Source: Nitrospirota bacterium (GTDB taxonomy: Bacteria; Nitrospirota; JACRHJ01). From it: 64,000 nucleotides of DNA. Under the pieces are notes generated by a model. The model saw only the letters and a list, made by a program, of their open reading frames with translations. It did not search any database and was not told where the DNA came from. How positions within the stretch are numbered: the stretch's first letter is position 1; the number at the start of each line of letters is the position of its first letter. The stretch lies in the NCBI GenBank assembly GCA_963845245.1, contig CAWJRJ010000024.1:96001-160000 (forward strand). The letters are read 5' to 3'. Position numbers and translations under genes: made by a program. Below, piece after piece: positions 9,219-21,514 of this stretch.

Positions 9219-12200
9219 ATGATTAGACTACCAGACTATTTAAGTGGCAGTCCAGACTCTTCTCTTTCAAGGCTGTCGGAGCTTGGGTATAAACTCCCTG
9301 ACAAGGCGCTTGCAAACCTTGGACTCCTTGCTGAGGGTACGGACGGCCCGCGCTACACGGACATAATTGCCGCAATTGTGACGACATGCTCGTCTTCGTC
9401 CGACCCGGACGCCTGTCTAAACAACTTTGAACGTCTGTCTTCGTCCTGCGAATCCCGTGATGGGTTTCTGCGCATTATATCCGAGAGCCCGGAGAGAGTA
9501 AGGACGCTTGCCCCCGTCCTGGCGGCCAGCCAGTTTCTTACCCGGTTTATAATGGGAGACCCTGAAGGCATCATCGCATGGCTGTTTGAGCCTGGACGGC
9601 TTGGCCAGCCGAAGGAACGGGACGAGCTAATACGTGAATGTCTCGCCTTCTGTCCGCCCGCTACCCCGGTCGAGGAAGCCATATCAAAGCTGAGGGAGTT
9701 CAAGTACAGGGAATTCATACGCATTACGGCACGCGACCTCACCGGCATGGCCGGGCTTGCCGAGACCACACTTGAACTGAGCAACCTTGCGGATGCGGCG
9801 CTTGAGACAGCACTCAGGGTATCGGTAGAGGAACTGGAAAAGAAATACGGACACCCTCAGTATACGCCCTCGGAAGGGAGAAAGAAGCGGTGCCCCTTCA
9901 CCGTCATCGCGATGGGGAAACTTGGCGGCAGGGAGCTGAACTTCTCCTCCGACATAGACATAATGTATCTTTACCTCACCGACAAGGGCGAGACCTCCGG
10001 CCCTCAAAAGATTACCAACCACCAGTACTTCGTCAAAGTCGGGGAGCTGATAAACAGGCTGATCGGACAGAAGACGCAGGACGGGTTCGTATTCAGGGTG
10101 GACCTGCGGCTGAGACCCGAAGGAGAGCGCGGCGACCTGGTCCAAAGCCTTGCAGGTTACGAGCTTTATTATGAGTCATGGGGCCAGACGTGGGAGCGTT
10201 CCGCCCTTCTGAAAGCGCGCCCGTGTGCGGGCGACACGGAACTGGGAAAGGCCTTTCTTGAAACCATCAGGCCTTTCGTCTTCAGAAAGTACCTGGACTA
10301 TTCCGCCATCAGCGAGATACGGGACATGAAGCTGCGCGTTGAGAAGAACGCGCGCGCCCATGGCCAGAGCTCGATAGACCTGAAGCTCGGGTCTGGCGGG
10401 ATCCGGGAGATAGAGTTTTTCATATCCGTCCTGCAACTCATATACGGGGCGCGTGAACAGGGGATACGCGAGAAGAACTCGCTGAAGGCACTTCACCGTC
10501 TCGCGCTTAAGAACCTTATATCATTTGGGGAACAGCATGACCTGTCAGACGCTTATAATTTTCTTAGGACCGCCGAACACAGGCTCCAGGTGGTTGACGA
10601 ACGTCAGACACATTCGCTGAACAATACGATGGAAGAGGTACAACATCTCGCAATGAGGATGGGCTTCCGTGACAAGGACGGCTTGTCCGCAGGCGAGATA
10701 TTCATTGCCGAGCTTACACGGCACAACAACCGTGTGCGCCAGATATATGACGGCCTCCTTTCCGAGCAGGCTGTGGATGTTTTCGATACGGACGGCGGTT
10801 TTTCCGCCCTGCTCGAAATAGACATCTCTGAGGATGAAGGCGTTCAGCTTCTCGAAAAGAAAGGGTTCCACGACCCTCGACAGTCATACATGAACTTCCT
10901 CCTGCTGCGTGACGGCTCACCCAGCTCGCCGCTTACCCCCAGGAGCAGAGGGCTGTTCATCAAGATCATACCGGCCCTGCTGGAAGGATGCGCCCAGTCG
11001 CCGGACCCGGATATGGCCCTTGCAAGGCTGGAATCATTCGTGGCGGCGTTCGGTTCCCGTGAGGCTATATACGATTTCATCAGCGCACAGCCTGAGGCCG
11101 CGCGACGAGTTACAAGGTTGCTTGGCTGGAGCGATTATTTTTCAAGGCTGCTCATAACCTACCCGGAGCTTAGCGACTCGCTTCTTTTCGCGGGAAATGA
11201 AGCATTGATGAAGACACGCGATGAAATGGCAGGCGAACTTGAGAAGGAACTTGCAAAGCACGATACCCTTGCCGACATGATGGACATCCTCCGGAAATAC
11301 AAGCATGCTGAAGAACTGCGCATCGGAATACACGATATCCTGAACGACCCCGGCACAAAAACGACTTCACATTCCCTGACCACACTGGCAGAGGTCGTCC
11401 TTGAGAAAACCTTGTTTCTTGCTGCCGAGGACACGGAGTCGAGATACGGCCAACCATCGGACATCAATAAAGGCTCCGGGATCGCAGTTGCCGGGTTCGG
11501 CAAGCTCGGCTCGGGTGAGTTGGGGTACGGCTCGGACCTTGACATAATATTCCTGTACCTGGGGTCCGAAGCCGGCGGAAAGACAACGGGTATAGGCCTG
11601 ACGGAATATTATACAAGACTCTCTGAGCGGGCAATATTCATACTGACGTCGTTGACGCGGGAGGGCTTCCTGTTCCGTGTGGATACGAGGCTTCGGCCGG
11701 GCGGCACAAAAGGCGTGCTCGCGCACAACATCGAGAGCCTGCATGAATACTACATTAAAAAGGCATCGGTATGGGAGCTGCAGGCGCTGACCCGCGCAAG
11801 GGGCGTTGCAGGCGATATCCGCCTGGTATCCTCATTCGAGAAGATGCGCAGTGAGATACTCATGACCCCGAAAGACACCAGCACGGTGAAGGCCGCAGTC
11901 AAGGCAATGCGCACGCGCATCGAGCGAGAGCTTGGCAAAAAGGTCAAAGGCGGATATCATATAAAATACGGCAAGGGCGGCCTGGTGGACATAGAGTTCA
12001 TGATCCAGTGCCTTCAGTTGACCGAAGGGCCAAATCGGACCGCTATTCTTACTCCGGATACACTTTTCGCCCTAGACAAGATTACAGACCTCGGACTTCT
12101 GCCCGATGGCGAAAAGTTGAAGGAGTCATACCTTTTCCTGAAGGACCTTGAATCCTGCCTGCGAATAACATCCAGCCAGGCCGAAACTATCCTGCCTGAG

Positions 12201-12335
12201 GACCCGGCGAAGTTAGTGGTTATTGCCGCACGCATGGGGTACGGGAAAGAAACCAGCGCAGGAAAGAAACTGCTGGACGATTACTTGATGCATACGGGCA
12301 ATGTCCGACAAGTTTACGAGAGATTTTTCAATTAA
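9219..12335 (+). CDS. glnE: Bifunctional glutamine synthetase adenylyltransferase/deadenylase
   Basis: Two nucleotidyltransferase domains (MGKLGGRELNFSSDID; FGKLGSGELGYGSDLD), RVDLRLRPEG and WERSALLKAR. Confidence 0.95.
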   Translation: MIRLPDYLSGSPDSSLSRLSELGYKLPDKALANLGLLAEGTDGPRYTDIIAAIVTTCSSSSDPDACLNNFERLSSSCESRDGFLRIISESPERVRTLAPVLAASQFLTRFIMGDPEGIIAWLFEPGRLGQPKERDELIRECLAFCPPATPVEEAISKLREFKYREFIRITARDLTGMAGLAETTLELSNLADAALETALRVSVEELEKKYGHPQYTPSEGRKKRCPFTVIAMGKLGGRELNFSSDIDIMYLYLTDKGETSGPQKITNHQYFVKVGELINRLIGQKTQDGFVFRVDLRLRPEGERGDLVQSLAGYELYYESWGQTWERSALLKARPCAGDTELGKAFLETIRPFVFRKYLDYSAISEIRDMKLRVEKNARAHGQSSIDLKLGSGGIREIEFFISVLQLIYGAREQGIREKNSLKALHRLALKNLISFGEQHDLSDAYNFLRTAEHRLQVVDERQTHSLNNTMEEVQHLAMRMGFRDKDGLSAGEIFIAELTRHNNRVRQIYDGLLSEQAVDVFDTDGGFSALLEIDISEDEGVQLLEKKGFHDPRQSYMNFLLLRDGSPSSPLTPRSRGLFIKIIPALLEGCAQSPDPDMALARLESFVAAFGSREAIYDFISAQPEAARRVTRLLGWSDYFSRLLITYPELSDSLLFAGNEALMKTRDEMAGELEKELAKHDTLADMMDILRKYKHAEELRIGIHDILNDPGTKTTSHSLTTLAEVVLEKTLFLAAEDTESRYGQPSDINKGSGIAVAGFGKLGSGELGYGSDLDIIFLYLGSEAGGKTTGIGLTEYYTRLSERAIFILTSLTREGFLFRVDTRLRPGGTKGVLAHNIESLHEYYIKKASVWELQALTRARGVAGDIRLVSSFEKMRSEILMTPKDTSTVKAAVKAMRTRIERELGKKVKGGYHIKYGKGGLVDIEFMIQCLQLTEGPNRTAILTPDTLFALDKITDLGLLPDGEKLKESYLFLKDLESCLRITSSQAETILPEDPAKLVVIAARMGYGKETSAGKKLLDDYLMHTGNVRQVYERFFN

Positions 12336-12350
12336 TATAGGAGGCTTTCG

Positions 12351-13473
12351 ATGTCCAGGGTATTTTTCACGAACGCGCGCGGGCTTAAATGGGACTACAA
12401 ACACAGCCTTGTGGGCAGGCTTGAGCGGATGCTGTCGGAGTCAGGCTTTATGGGGGCTTTCGGCAATAAGGAGTGGGTCGCGGTCAAGACGCATTTCGGC
12501 TCTGAGGGCGCGCACCGCATAATAAGGCCGGTCTTCCTGCGCAAGGTCGTGGATGCGGTCAAGACCGCAGGGGCGGTCCCGTTCGTCACCGACACCGTGC
12601 GCATCATGGGGCTTGATTACTTAGAAGTTGCAAACCAGAACGGGATAAACCACCTCTCGGTCGGCGCGCCCGTAATACTTGCGGACGGCATATACGGAAA
12701 GGACAGCATACTGGTGAAGGCGGGCGAGCTGCTGGGCGAGATCGCAGTGGCCTCTGCCATTTACGACGCACCGGCGATGATAGTCTGCTCGCACATCAAG
12801 GGCCACATACAGGCGGGCTACGCGGGTGCGATAAAGAACCTCGCGATGGGCGGCGTATCGTCCGTGCACCGGGAAGGCGGCTGGAAGAAGGGGCGCGGCC
12901 AGATGCACTGCCACGGCGAGGTGCCGATTAACTGGGACTTCGAGACATGCGTATACTGCCAGCAGTGCGAGAACGTATGCCCCAAGGATGCCATAAACTT
13001 CGTGGACGAGAAGTTCTCCTACGACATGAAGAAGTGCTGGTACTGCGGCCGCTGCACACGGGTATGCCCGTCCGGGAGCCTCGTGCTGCCTGTCGCGGAT
13101 ACCATGTTCCAGAAGACGCTTGCGGAGTCCGCCGCAGCCGTGCTGTCCACCTTCAAGCCCGGCAAGGTGCTCTACATAAACTTCATGACCGAGATACAGC
13201 CCGAGTGCGACTGCATGCCATCATGCGACACGCCGATGTTGCAGGACCAGGGGATAATGATGTCGGACGACCTCGTAGCGATCGAGCAGGCGACGATAGA
13301 CATTTTAAGGAAGGCGTCCCCGCTCCCGCAGTCTGTCGCGGAGGAACGCGGTTGCAAGCCGGGCGACGACGTGCTTGCTATGGTCAACCCGCGCGACTAT
13401 AACCTTCAGGTCAGCGAAGCGGAGCGGCTCGGGCTCGGGAGCAGTGACGTATGAGATAACCGAGATAGACTGA
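12351..13473 (+). CDS. DUF362-domain Fe-S protein with a 2x[4Fe-4S] ferredoxin domain; probable frameshift in the last codons
   Basis: Motifs VAVKTHFG, HIKGH...GAIKNLAMG, CVYCQQCENVCP, CWYCGRCTRVCP and ECDC. A typical YEITEID tail lies in a shifted frame. Confidence 0.85.
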
Positions 13474-13504
13474 CGGGTGGGTGTAATACGAACTGGACTG
13501 GGTT

Positions 13505-15050
13505 TTAGAGCGGTCTCCATGCGTCCGCGTCTTTTTTGAAGCAGCGCATCCGCTTCGACCGGGCCTGCCGACCCTGCCGGGTAACTTGGGATGTTGACCG
13601 CCTGCGAGCCGGATTCTATCTTGTCGAGCAGGGGCTCGAAAAGCTCCCACGCAAGCTCCTCGGCGTCGCCCCGCACGAACAGCATCTGGTCGCCGTTCAT
13701 GCAGTCGAGCAGGACGCGCTCGTAGGCGTCCAGCAGGCTCAATTTCTCGTAAGTATAGTCCATCAGCACCGGCCTCAGGCATATCTTCGTCTCCGGCATC
13801 TTCGTCTGGAAATCGAGGCTGATACCCTCGTCCGGCTGCACCCGAAGCACGAGCACGTTCGGCTCGATCTCATCCCCTACGACATTCGAGAACATGAGGT
13901 GCGGCACGTGCCGGAAGGTTATCGCGATCTCGGCCTTGCGGCCCGCAAGCCTTTTGCCTGAACGCAGATAGAACGGTACCCCGCTCCACCGCCAGTTGTC
14001 GATGTACAGCCTCAGTGCCGCATACGTCGCAGTATTGGAATCTGGAGCAACACCGGGTTCATCTCTGTATGCCGGGACGCGACTGCCGTCTATCTCTCCT
14101 GCGGCGTACTGGCCAAGCACGACATCAGTTAACGGGTCTGACTGGTTGAACCGCCTGATGGAGCGGATGACTTTAGCCTTCTCCTCACGCACACGTTCCG
14201 CTTCGAAGACGGCGGGCGGCTCCATTGCGCAAAGCGTCAGGAGCTGGAGCAGATGGTTCTGGAACATGTCGCGTATGACGCCCGACTTCTCGTAGTACCC
14301 AGCCCGGTGTTCCACGCCTACCGTCTCTGAAATGGTTATCTGTACGTTGTCAATGTAGCGTCTGTTCCAGAGCGGCTCGAAAATCGAGTTGGCGAACCGG
14401 AACATCAGGATGTTCTGCACGTTCTCCTTCGCGAGGTAATGGTCCATGCGGTAGACCTGGCGTTCGCTGAAATGCTTCAGCAGTACACGGTTGAGGCTCT
14501 TTGATGACTCGATGTCGCGCCCGAACGGCTTCTCCACGACGACCCGCGAACAGCCGCACTCCTCCTTTGAAAGCCCGGAGACTCCGAGGTTTTCTATTGC
14601 CGTCTCGTAGATGGTCGGAGGAAGGGCAAGGTAGAATATGCGGTTCCCGCCCGTGCCGTGCGCCTTCTCAAGCTCAGGCAGGCGTCCCTTCACAGACTCA
14701 TAAAATCTTATATCGCCGAAGTCTCCCTGAAGATAATACAGTCTCTTCTCAAACCCGGACCAAAGTACGTCTGTGTATAGATCGGGGTAGGCCTCCCTGA
14801 CCGCGTCCTTCATGGACGCCCTGAACCATGCGTCGTCATGGTCCTCTATTGCGGCACCCAGCACGAAGAAGCCATCGGAGATGTGGTTATCGGCCATGAG
14901 GTGGTAGAGCGACGGGATGATCTTCCTGTGGGTCAGGTCGCCCGAGGCCCCGAACAGTATAAGCCCGCACGGCGGCGGGTTCTCGATTGAACATCTGTCT
15001 GCCGGTTGCCCTGCCTCACATCGCGCCCTGTCATACCCGCCCGGTTCCAT
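13505..15050 (-). CDS. zwf: Glucose-6-phosphate 1-dehydrogenase
   Basis: Motifs GASGDL, EKPFG, RMDHYLAKE and RWSGVPFYLRSGK. The real C-terminus (AWRPL*) lies in a shifted frame, stop at 13505-13507. Confidence 0.95.
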
Positions 15051-15511
15051 CTATATGCTCCCCCCACCCTCAAGTTTTGATATCTTGGAAAGCCGCCTTA
15101 CAAACCGCTCTTCGGCCTTGAACGAGGCCGCAAGGAACGCGCGACACAAGCTCCCATGCCATCTCTATACCGACCACCCTTCCGCCCAGGCAGACCATGT
15201 TCATGTCGTCGTCCTCAACACCCTGGTGTGCAGAGAAGGTGTCGTGTATCAAGTGCGGCCCGGGCGCCGGCCACCTTGTTGGCGGCTATCGATGCGCCGA
15301 CACCGCTCCCACACACGGCGATCCCGCGCGAGACTTCACCCGCAGCGACGGCGCTCGCAAGGGGGACAACGTAATCGGGGTAATCGTCGGAATCGATTTT
15401 TTCGTGTGCACCGAAATCGGTCACGATAAAACCTTTAAGTCGGAGCCTTTTTATCAGGTCTTCCTTCAGCTCAAAGCCGCCATGGTCGCACGCGATGCCT
15501 ACGGTAAGCAT
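15051..15511 (-). CDS. rpiB: Ribose-5-phosphate isomerase B; frameshifted
   Basis: [13 protein letters not shown] and [14 protein letters not shown]. The C-terminal half ([13 protein letters not shown]) is in another frame. Confidence 0.9.
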
Positions 15512-15514
15512 GTG

Positions 15515-16427
15515 TCAGCCACCGGCCTTCTTTTTAAAGCCGTGCCCGCCGAACTCGTCCCGCATGGCGGCTAGCAGTTTGTCCGAGAAGCTGTCTTCCT
15601 GTCGGGAACGGAACCTCTGGAAGAGCGCGGCGGAGATAAGCGGCGCGGGCACACCAGTGTCTACCGCCTGCTGCACCGTCCACCTGCCCTCGCCCGAGTC
15701 CTGCACGTAGCCCTTTATCCCCTCCAGCTTCCCGTATTTTGAAAATGCGCTCCCTGCGAATTCCAGGAGCCATGAACGTATTATGCTGCCGTTGTTCCAA
15801 AGGTTAGAGACCTGGGCGAAATCGAGGTGTTGCCCGTACGGCGAGGCCTCCATTATCTCGAAGCCCTCACCGTACGCCGCCATCAGGGCGTACTCTATCC
15901 CGTTATGCACCATCTTCACGAAATGCCCTGCCCCGGATGGCCCGCAGTACATGTACCCGCCTTCGGGCGCAAGCGTCTTGAAGACCGGGACGAGCGTCTC
16001 GTACGCGGCCTTCTCTCCACCCAGCATCAGACAGTAGCCCTTTTCAAGCCCCCATATCCCGCTGCTCACGCCTGCGTCGATGAGGAAGATGCCGGAATTC
16101 CTAAGCCTTGCCTCCTGCTCGATGGCATCCTTGAAGTAGCTGTTGCCTCCCTCGATGACCGTGTCTCCACTGCCGAGCAGGCCTTCAAGTTTTTCTATGG
16201 TGTCGGCGACGGGTTTCCCCGCAGGCAGCATCAACCATACCGCCCTGGGCGGCGTCAGCTGTTCCACCAGGCTCTCCATCGTATAGGCCGCCTTCGCACC
16301 TTCTGCGGCGAGGGCATCTATGTTTTCCTTCGATACGTCGTAGACGACGACCTCATGCCCGCCCCGCAAGCAGCCTTCTGGCCATGTTGCCGCCCATCTT
16401 CCCAAGCCCTATCATGCCGATCCGCAT
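15515..16427 (-). CDS. gnd: 6-phosphogluconate dehydrogenase, decarboxylating (short YqeC type); frameshift near the 5' end
   Basis: MRIGMIGLGKMG from 16427, plus AGHFVKMVHNGIEY, DSGEGRWT and AMRDEFGGH. Confidence 0.92.
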
Positions 16428-16441
16428 CTTTTGTCTCCAGT

Positions 16442-17587
16442 CTATGCCGCAGTCGCACGGAACAATTCCATCTTGCGGGCAATGGCCATCAGCACGTCGT
16501 AGAAGGACTGCGTAAATTTGGCGACGCCCTCCTGCTCCAACTTCAGCCCAACGTCTTCCATCATTATACCAAGCGAGGACACCGTCTTAAAAACAAGCCT
16601 GGCCTCCTGGATATTATCCTCTATCGACCCATTCACGCTGCCGTGGTCCTCGAACTTGTTTATGGTATCGGTCGGTATCGTGTTGACGGTATTTTTTGCA
16701 ACCAGTTCTTCCACATACTTTACATCGCTGTACTTCGGGTTCTTCGTGCCGGTGCTCCCCCAGAGAAGCCTCTGCTCCAGTGCGCCTTTATCTCTGAGAA
16801 TCTTGAAGCGCTCTCCATCAAAGATCTCCTTGTACATCTGGTAGGCCAGCTTGCAGTTGGCAACACCCACCTTGCCTTACAGTGCCGTTATCCTGTCCTT
16901 TTCGATGTCAGTGGCGGCAGTTTGTATTTTCTCGTCGAGGATGCCGTCCACGAGGGTATCCACCCTGCTGACAAAGAAGCTCGCAATGGACACTATCCCT
17001 TCGACCGGCAGACCGTTCACTACCCTCTTCTCAAGCCCGCGGATGTATGCCTCGGCCACATCGCGGTAGCGACCCAGAGAAAAGAGGAGCGTGACGTTTA
17101 CGTTGACGCCTTCGAAGGTGAGCTGCTCTATTGCCCTGAGGCCCTTTTCAGTCGCCGGAACCTTGACCAGCACGTTCTTTTTCCCTATCTCGCTGAAAAT
17201 GCGTCTCGCCTCGTTTATGGTAGCGTCGGTGTAGTATGCCAGGTCGGGCGATACCTCGATGCTAACAAAACCGTCCCGACCGCCCGACGATTCATAGACC
17301 GGGTACAGTACGTCCGCGGCCTCAGATATGTCCTCCATGGTCAGGGCCATGTATATGTCCCTCTCGTCCCGGATGCCGCCCCTCACCATCTGCATTATCG
17401 AGCTGTCATAGATCTCGCTTCCCTCGATCGCCTTCTGGAATATCGTAGGGTTTGACGTCACCCCGCTTATCCCGTCCACCTCTATGAGTTTCTTGAGGCG
17501 TCCGGACCTGATCATATCCCTGCTGAGGTCGTCCAGCCACACACTCTGGCCGGCATCTTTCAGTTCGTGTAGTTTTATTGCAGCCAT
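16442..17587 (-). CDS. tal: Transaldolase; frameshift near 16875
   Basis: Motifs GQSVWLD, GVTSNPTIF, VKVPAT, NVTLLFS, SFFVSRVD and RLLWGSTGTKNP. Confidence 0.92.
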
Positions 17588-17609
17588 AACCACCTCCCCC
17601 GGCCGGAAC

Positions 17610-19671
17610 TCAGCCCTTTTTGACCATCAGGCCCCGGGCAGCGTCAGCAATATTCCCAGCCGTTAAACCGTACTCCTTCATATTGATTTTTCCAGGCGCG
17701 GAACTCCCGAACCTGTCCACTCCTATCGACAACCCGGCGGCGCCAACGTACCTGCTCCAGCCGAATGTGGCCGCGGCCTCAATCGAAACCCTTGCGGTAA
17801 CCTCCGGAGGCAGCACGCTTTTCTTGTATTCGGCCGGCTGGAGTTCAAAAAGCTCCCAGCAAGGCATATTGACGACGCGCGTCTTTTTTCCCTCTTTATT
17901 AAGTGTATCATAAGCTTCGAGCGCCAGATGTACTTCCGACCCGGTCGCGATAAGAATAATCTCGGGTTTCCCCTCGGGCGGGTCTGCCAGGACGTACGCC
18001 CCCTTATGGAGCATGGCCGCCGGGGCGTACCTGCCCCTGTCTATTACCGGGAGGTCCTGACGGGAGAATACCAGGGCGGTCGGCCCTTTCCTGTTGATAA
18101 GCGCGGCCTTCCATGCCTCGACAGTCTCGTTTGCATCTGCGGGCCTTATCACGTTTATACCGGGCAATCGCCCTCAGGCTTGCCAGGTGTTCAACGGGCT
18201 GGTGCGTCGGGCCGTCCTCGCCAAGGCCTATGGAATCGTGTGTAAAAACATATATTGCCCGTGCCTCCTGCAAGGCCGCAAGCCTGATTGCCGGCTTCAT
18301 GTAGTCCGAGAACACAAGGAACGTCGCGGCATACGGTATAAGCCCTCCATGGAGGGCAAGCCCCGTCGTTATTGCGCACATGGCGTGTTCCCTGACTCCG
18401 TAGGCTATGTTTGCACCGCCATAGCCCCAGTGCCCGGTTACCGCGCCCTGCACGTTTTCCTCTCCCGTACACGACCCCTGGAAGTCGCCCCTGCCGTCCA
18501 TTGCAGTCTTGGTTGAAGGGTTGAGGTCGCCGGAGCCGCCTACGAGCGACGGGATATTATCCGCGACCGCCTTAAGGAATTTCCCGCCTGCGCTCCGGGT
18601 AGCAAGGCCTTTTGCGTCCGGCTTGAATACGGGCAAGTCCGCATCCCACCCATCGGGGAGTTTTGGGCCCATCATCAGTTCCCATTCCGCCATGAGTTCG
18701 GGGTGCTTTGCCCCGTACAAGCGCATATGCTCCATCCAAAGGTCCTCACTCTCGGCAGTCCGTTTCGCAGCCTTCCTGAAATACTCAAGCACGCGCTCAG
18801 GCACATAGAAAGATGGCTCCACCGGCCAACCCAGGTTCTCCTTGGTAGCCTTCGTCTCATCGGGCCCGAGCGGCGAGCCGTGCGCCTCGAAGCTGTCCTG
18901 TTTTCCGGGGCTGCCATAGCCGATGTGCGTCCTGACCATTATCAGCGATGGCCTGCGTATGTCGTCCTTTGCTGCCTTAATCGCGCCCTCGATCGCATCC
19001 AGGTCGTTGCCGTCTTCCACGGACTGTACATGCCAGCCGTAGGCCGCAAACCTCTTGGCAACGTCCTCGGTGAAAACCAGCTTCGTCTCGCCGGAAAGCG
19101 TCACATGGTTGTTGTCGTAAAGATATATCAGCTTTCCAAGTTTCAGGTGACCGGCAAGCGAGGCGGCCTCTGCGGCTACCCCCTCCATCAGGTCGCCGTC
19201 ACTACATATGGCATAGGTGTAATGGTCCACGATCTCGAAACCCGGCCGGTTGAACCGTGCAGCCAGGTAGTGTTCGGCCATCGCCATGCCCACGCCGTTT
19301 GCAAAGCCCTGCCCGAGCGGCCCGGTCGTGCATTCCACGCCAGGTGTTGCTCCGTACTCCGGGTGGCCCGGAGTACGGCTATCCCATTGTCTGAAGTTTT
19401 TCAGGTCGTCCATAGTGAGGTCGTACCCGGTGAGGTACAGCATTGAATAAAGGAGCGCGGAGCCGTGTCCGGCGGAGAGGACGAACCTGTCCCTGTCGGG
19501 CCATGCGGGGTTGCCGGGTTTGTATTTCATCGCCTTCGTCCAGAGCACGTACGCAGCGGGGGCCATGCCCATTGGCATGCCGGGGTGCCCGGAGTTGGCC
19601 TTCTCCACCATGTCCACCGAAAGCATCCTGATCGTATTTACACACAGCGCGTCAAGTTCTCTTGCCTTCAT
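17610..19671 (-). CDS. tkt: Transketolase; frameshift near 18170
   Basis: [28 protein letters not shown] and [16 protein letters not shown]. The C-terminal domain is in ORF 17610..18167. Confidence 0.95.
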
Positions 19672-19782
19672 AAAACCTCCGTCAAGGTATATTATTTATT
19701 AATGCTTATTTATGTGTTTTTTGAGTATAACAGAAACTGGCGGATTTTAGAAATAAAGAGGCGGTGTCTTTATTGGGCGACG

Positions 19783-20723
19783 TCAGGAGGTGTGGAGTTC
19801 CGGAAAGTAGCAGACATAGGGGTTGCACGGGTTGCCGAAAAGTTCCCTGTACAGGCGGTGTGCAGCCTCTGTTGAACCACTCTTGCCACAGGCGCGCATA
19901 TCGACAATCTCCCTCACTGCCTTGACGGCATTCAGCTTCATTGCGGTGGGGCCGCCGCGGCCGACTATCTTAACGGCCTTCACGCCGGCGTCCTCAAGAG
20001 CGCCGATCGCGCAGAGCCCGCAGGCCTGACGCCTGTTCACCCTGCTCCAGCCGGCCTGTGCATCTATCATCGCGTCAGCAGCAGCCCTTTAAGGCGATAG
20101 CCGTGTATTTCTCCTCGCATGGCCATATCAGGTCGGGGCTGTTGTGGGTAAAGCTGCAAAAGCCCTCGATGTTCGGGCACTTCCCTATCATCACGAATGC
20201 GTCGAAGAAGACGTCCGGGTTCGCCTCTGTCACGCCCTTTATCTCCATTCAGGGTAAGCTCCCTCGGGAAGACCATCCTGTCCACGCCAAGCCTGTGGAA
20301 GAAGGCGGCGCTTTCTGAATTGAATATCGTGCCGAGCGTGCTTAAGTGTATATGGGCTTCGGGCAGTTTGTCCCTCATGCGCAGTATCAGCCCGAGGTCG
20401 CTGATTATGAATGCGTCGACGCCAAGCGCGGAATACTTTTTGGCGTCTTCAAGGAGGTCGGCATACTGCTCAACCGAATAATACGGCGCGTTCATGGTAA
20501 GGTAGAACTTTGTACCGCGCCCGTGCGCGGCCTTTATGAGGGCCTTCAGCTCTTTCTCCGAGGCAATCTGCGCGGATGGAAAATAGCGGTGGTTGGCGGA
20601 GCCGAGCATCGAGTATTTCCCGCGCCAGTCCTCGGACACGTACCCGCCGTAAAACTCGTCCGCGCCCGCGTCTGCAAGTATATCGACTTCCGAGGCCTTG
20701 TCTATCGGCGATAGTATCTTCAT
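19783..20723 (-). CDS. U32-family Fe-S protein (UbiU/RlhA/TrhP-like); frameshifted
   Basis: MKILSP...GADEFYGG, HLSTL and VFPREL. Shifted frames give CPNIEGFC...WPC, ACGLCA and VKIVGRG. Confidence 0.85.
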
Positions 20724-21514
20724 GGCAGCTCTTCCATATGCACGATGCGGTCTATCCCCATACCCGCCAGGCCCTCAGGCAACACAGCATTCTCGACAAA
20801 CTGTGTGTTGCCGCGCATCAGAATCCCCTTCTCATGCGCGGGGTTATCAAGCTCTATAACGTTCTTGAGGCATCCCTTTATCTTGCAGCCGGTGAATGCC
20901 TGCCATGATTTGCCGTCAAAAGATGCAGGGCAGTGCCGCGTAGTGGTGACATACGCATACGGCGTGTATATCGTGCCCTTGAGCCCAAGCGGTTTAAGGT
21001 CTGCCTCGATACCCTGAAGCGGGCTGTCCAGTTCGACCCGTTTATTCCATGGCTCCTGAGAAACGAAACGGTCACCGGGTCCTCGATACCGGGATGCGTA
21101 TATAACGCACGCCCCGAATCGGGCAACCCATCGATTATACTCGGCACCCTCGGGCAGCGTTTCTGCTTTACAAGGAGACGGTCCAAGTACCGGCACGAAC
21201 ATCGGGAACTCGTCTTTCAGGACTGCAAGCAACCCGAAATCGTTAACCACGACCTCGACATCCAATGCCCCGGCACCCGCAAGTTTCCCCAGTATAGCCT
21301 TGGCCTTTTTCATACCGGTATCGGTAAGCCAAGGGGTAAGCAGGGTGAGCTTCATGCCCAGCCCGGAGGAGATGTAAAGCGCCCTGAGCGCGGCAGCCGG
21401 TGCAGGCAGCCTCCACTGGCAGAACTCCGCGCCGAAATAAACGCGTGAATATCCTTTTGCATTTTTGATCTGTTTTAGAGCGGTGGCGTAGAGGGCCTTC
21501 TCAACCTTTGGCAT
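20720..21514 (-). CDS. Second U32-like protein (UbiV-like partner); frameshifted
   Basis: RVYFGAEFCQ, LTLLTP, VVVNDFG, GRLLVKQKRCPR and TTTRHCP...CKIKGC. Translationally coupled to the U32 gene. Confidence 0.65.
   Translation of the reverse strand: MPKVEKALYATALKQIKNAKGYSRVYFGAEFCQWRLPAPAAALRALYISSGLGMKLTLLTPWLTDTGMKKAKAILGKLAGAGALDVEVVVNDFGLLAVLKDEFPMFVPVLGPSPCKAETLPEGAEYNRWVARFGACVIYASRYRGPGDRFVSQEPWNKRVELDSPLQGIEADLKPLGLKGTIYTPYAYVTTTRHCPASFDGKSWQAFTGCKIKGCLKNVIELDNPAHEKGILMRGNTQFVENAVLPEGLAGMGIDRIVHMEELP

Noticed and set aside
13305..13504. Apparent C-terminal extension of Zwf overlapping the DUF362 gene
   Set aside because: A frameshift in an A-run explains it. The normal WRPL* ending is in the adjacent frame.
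15827..17455. 542-aa plus-strand ORF
   Set aside because: It is the antisense shadow of gnd and tal, with no recognisable motifs.
20055..20090. Possible selenocysteine (GCC followed by TGA) in the corrected U32 frame
   Set aside because: The downstream U32 sequence resumes in a different frame, so an indel explains it better than recoding.
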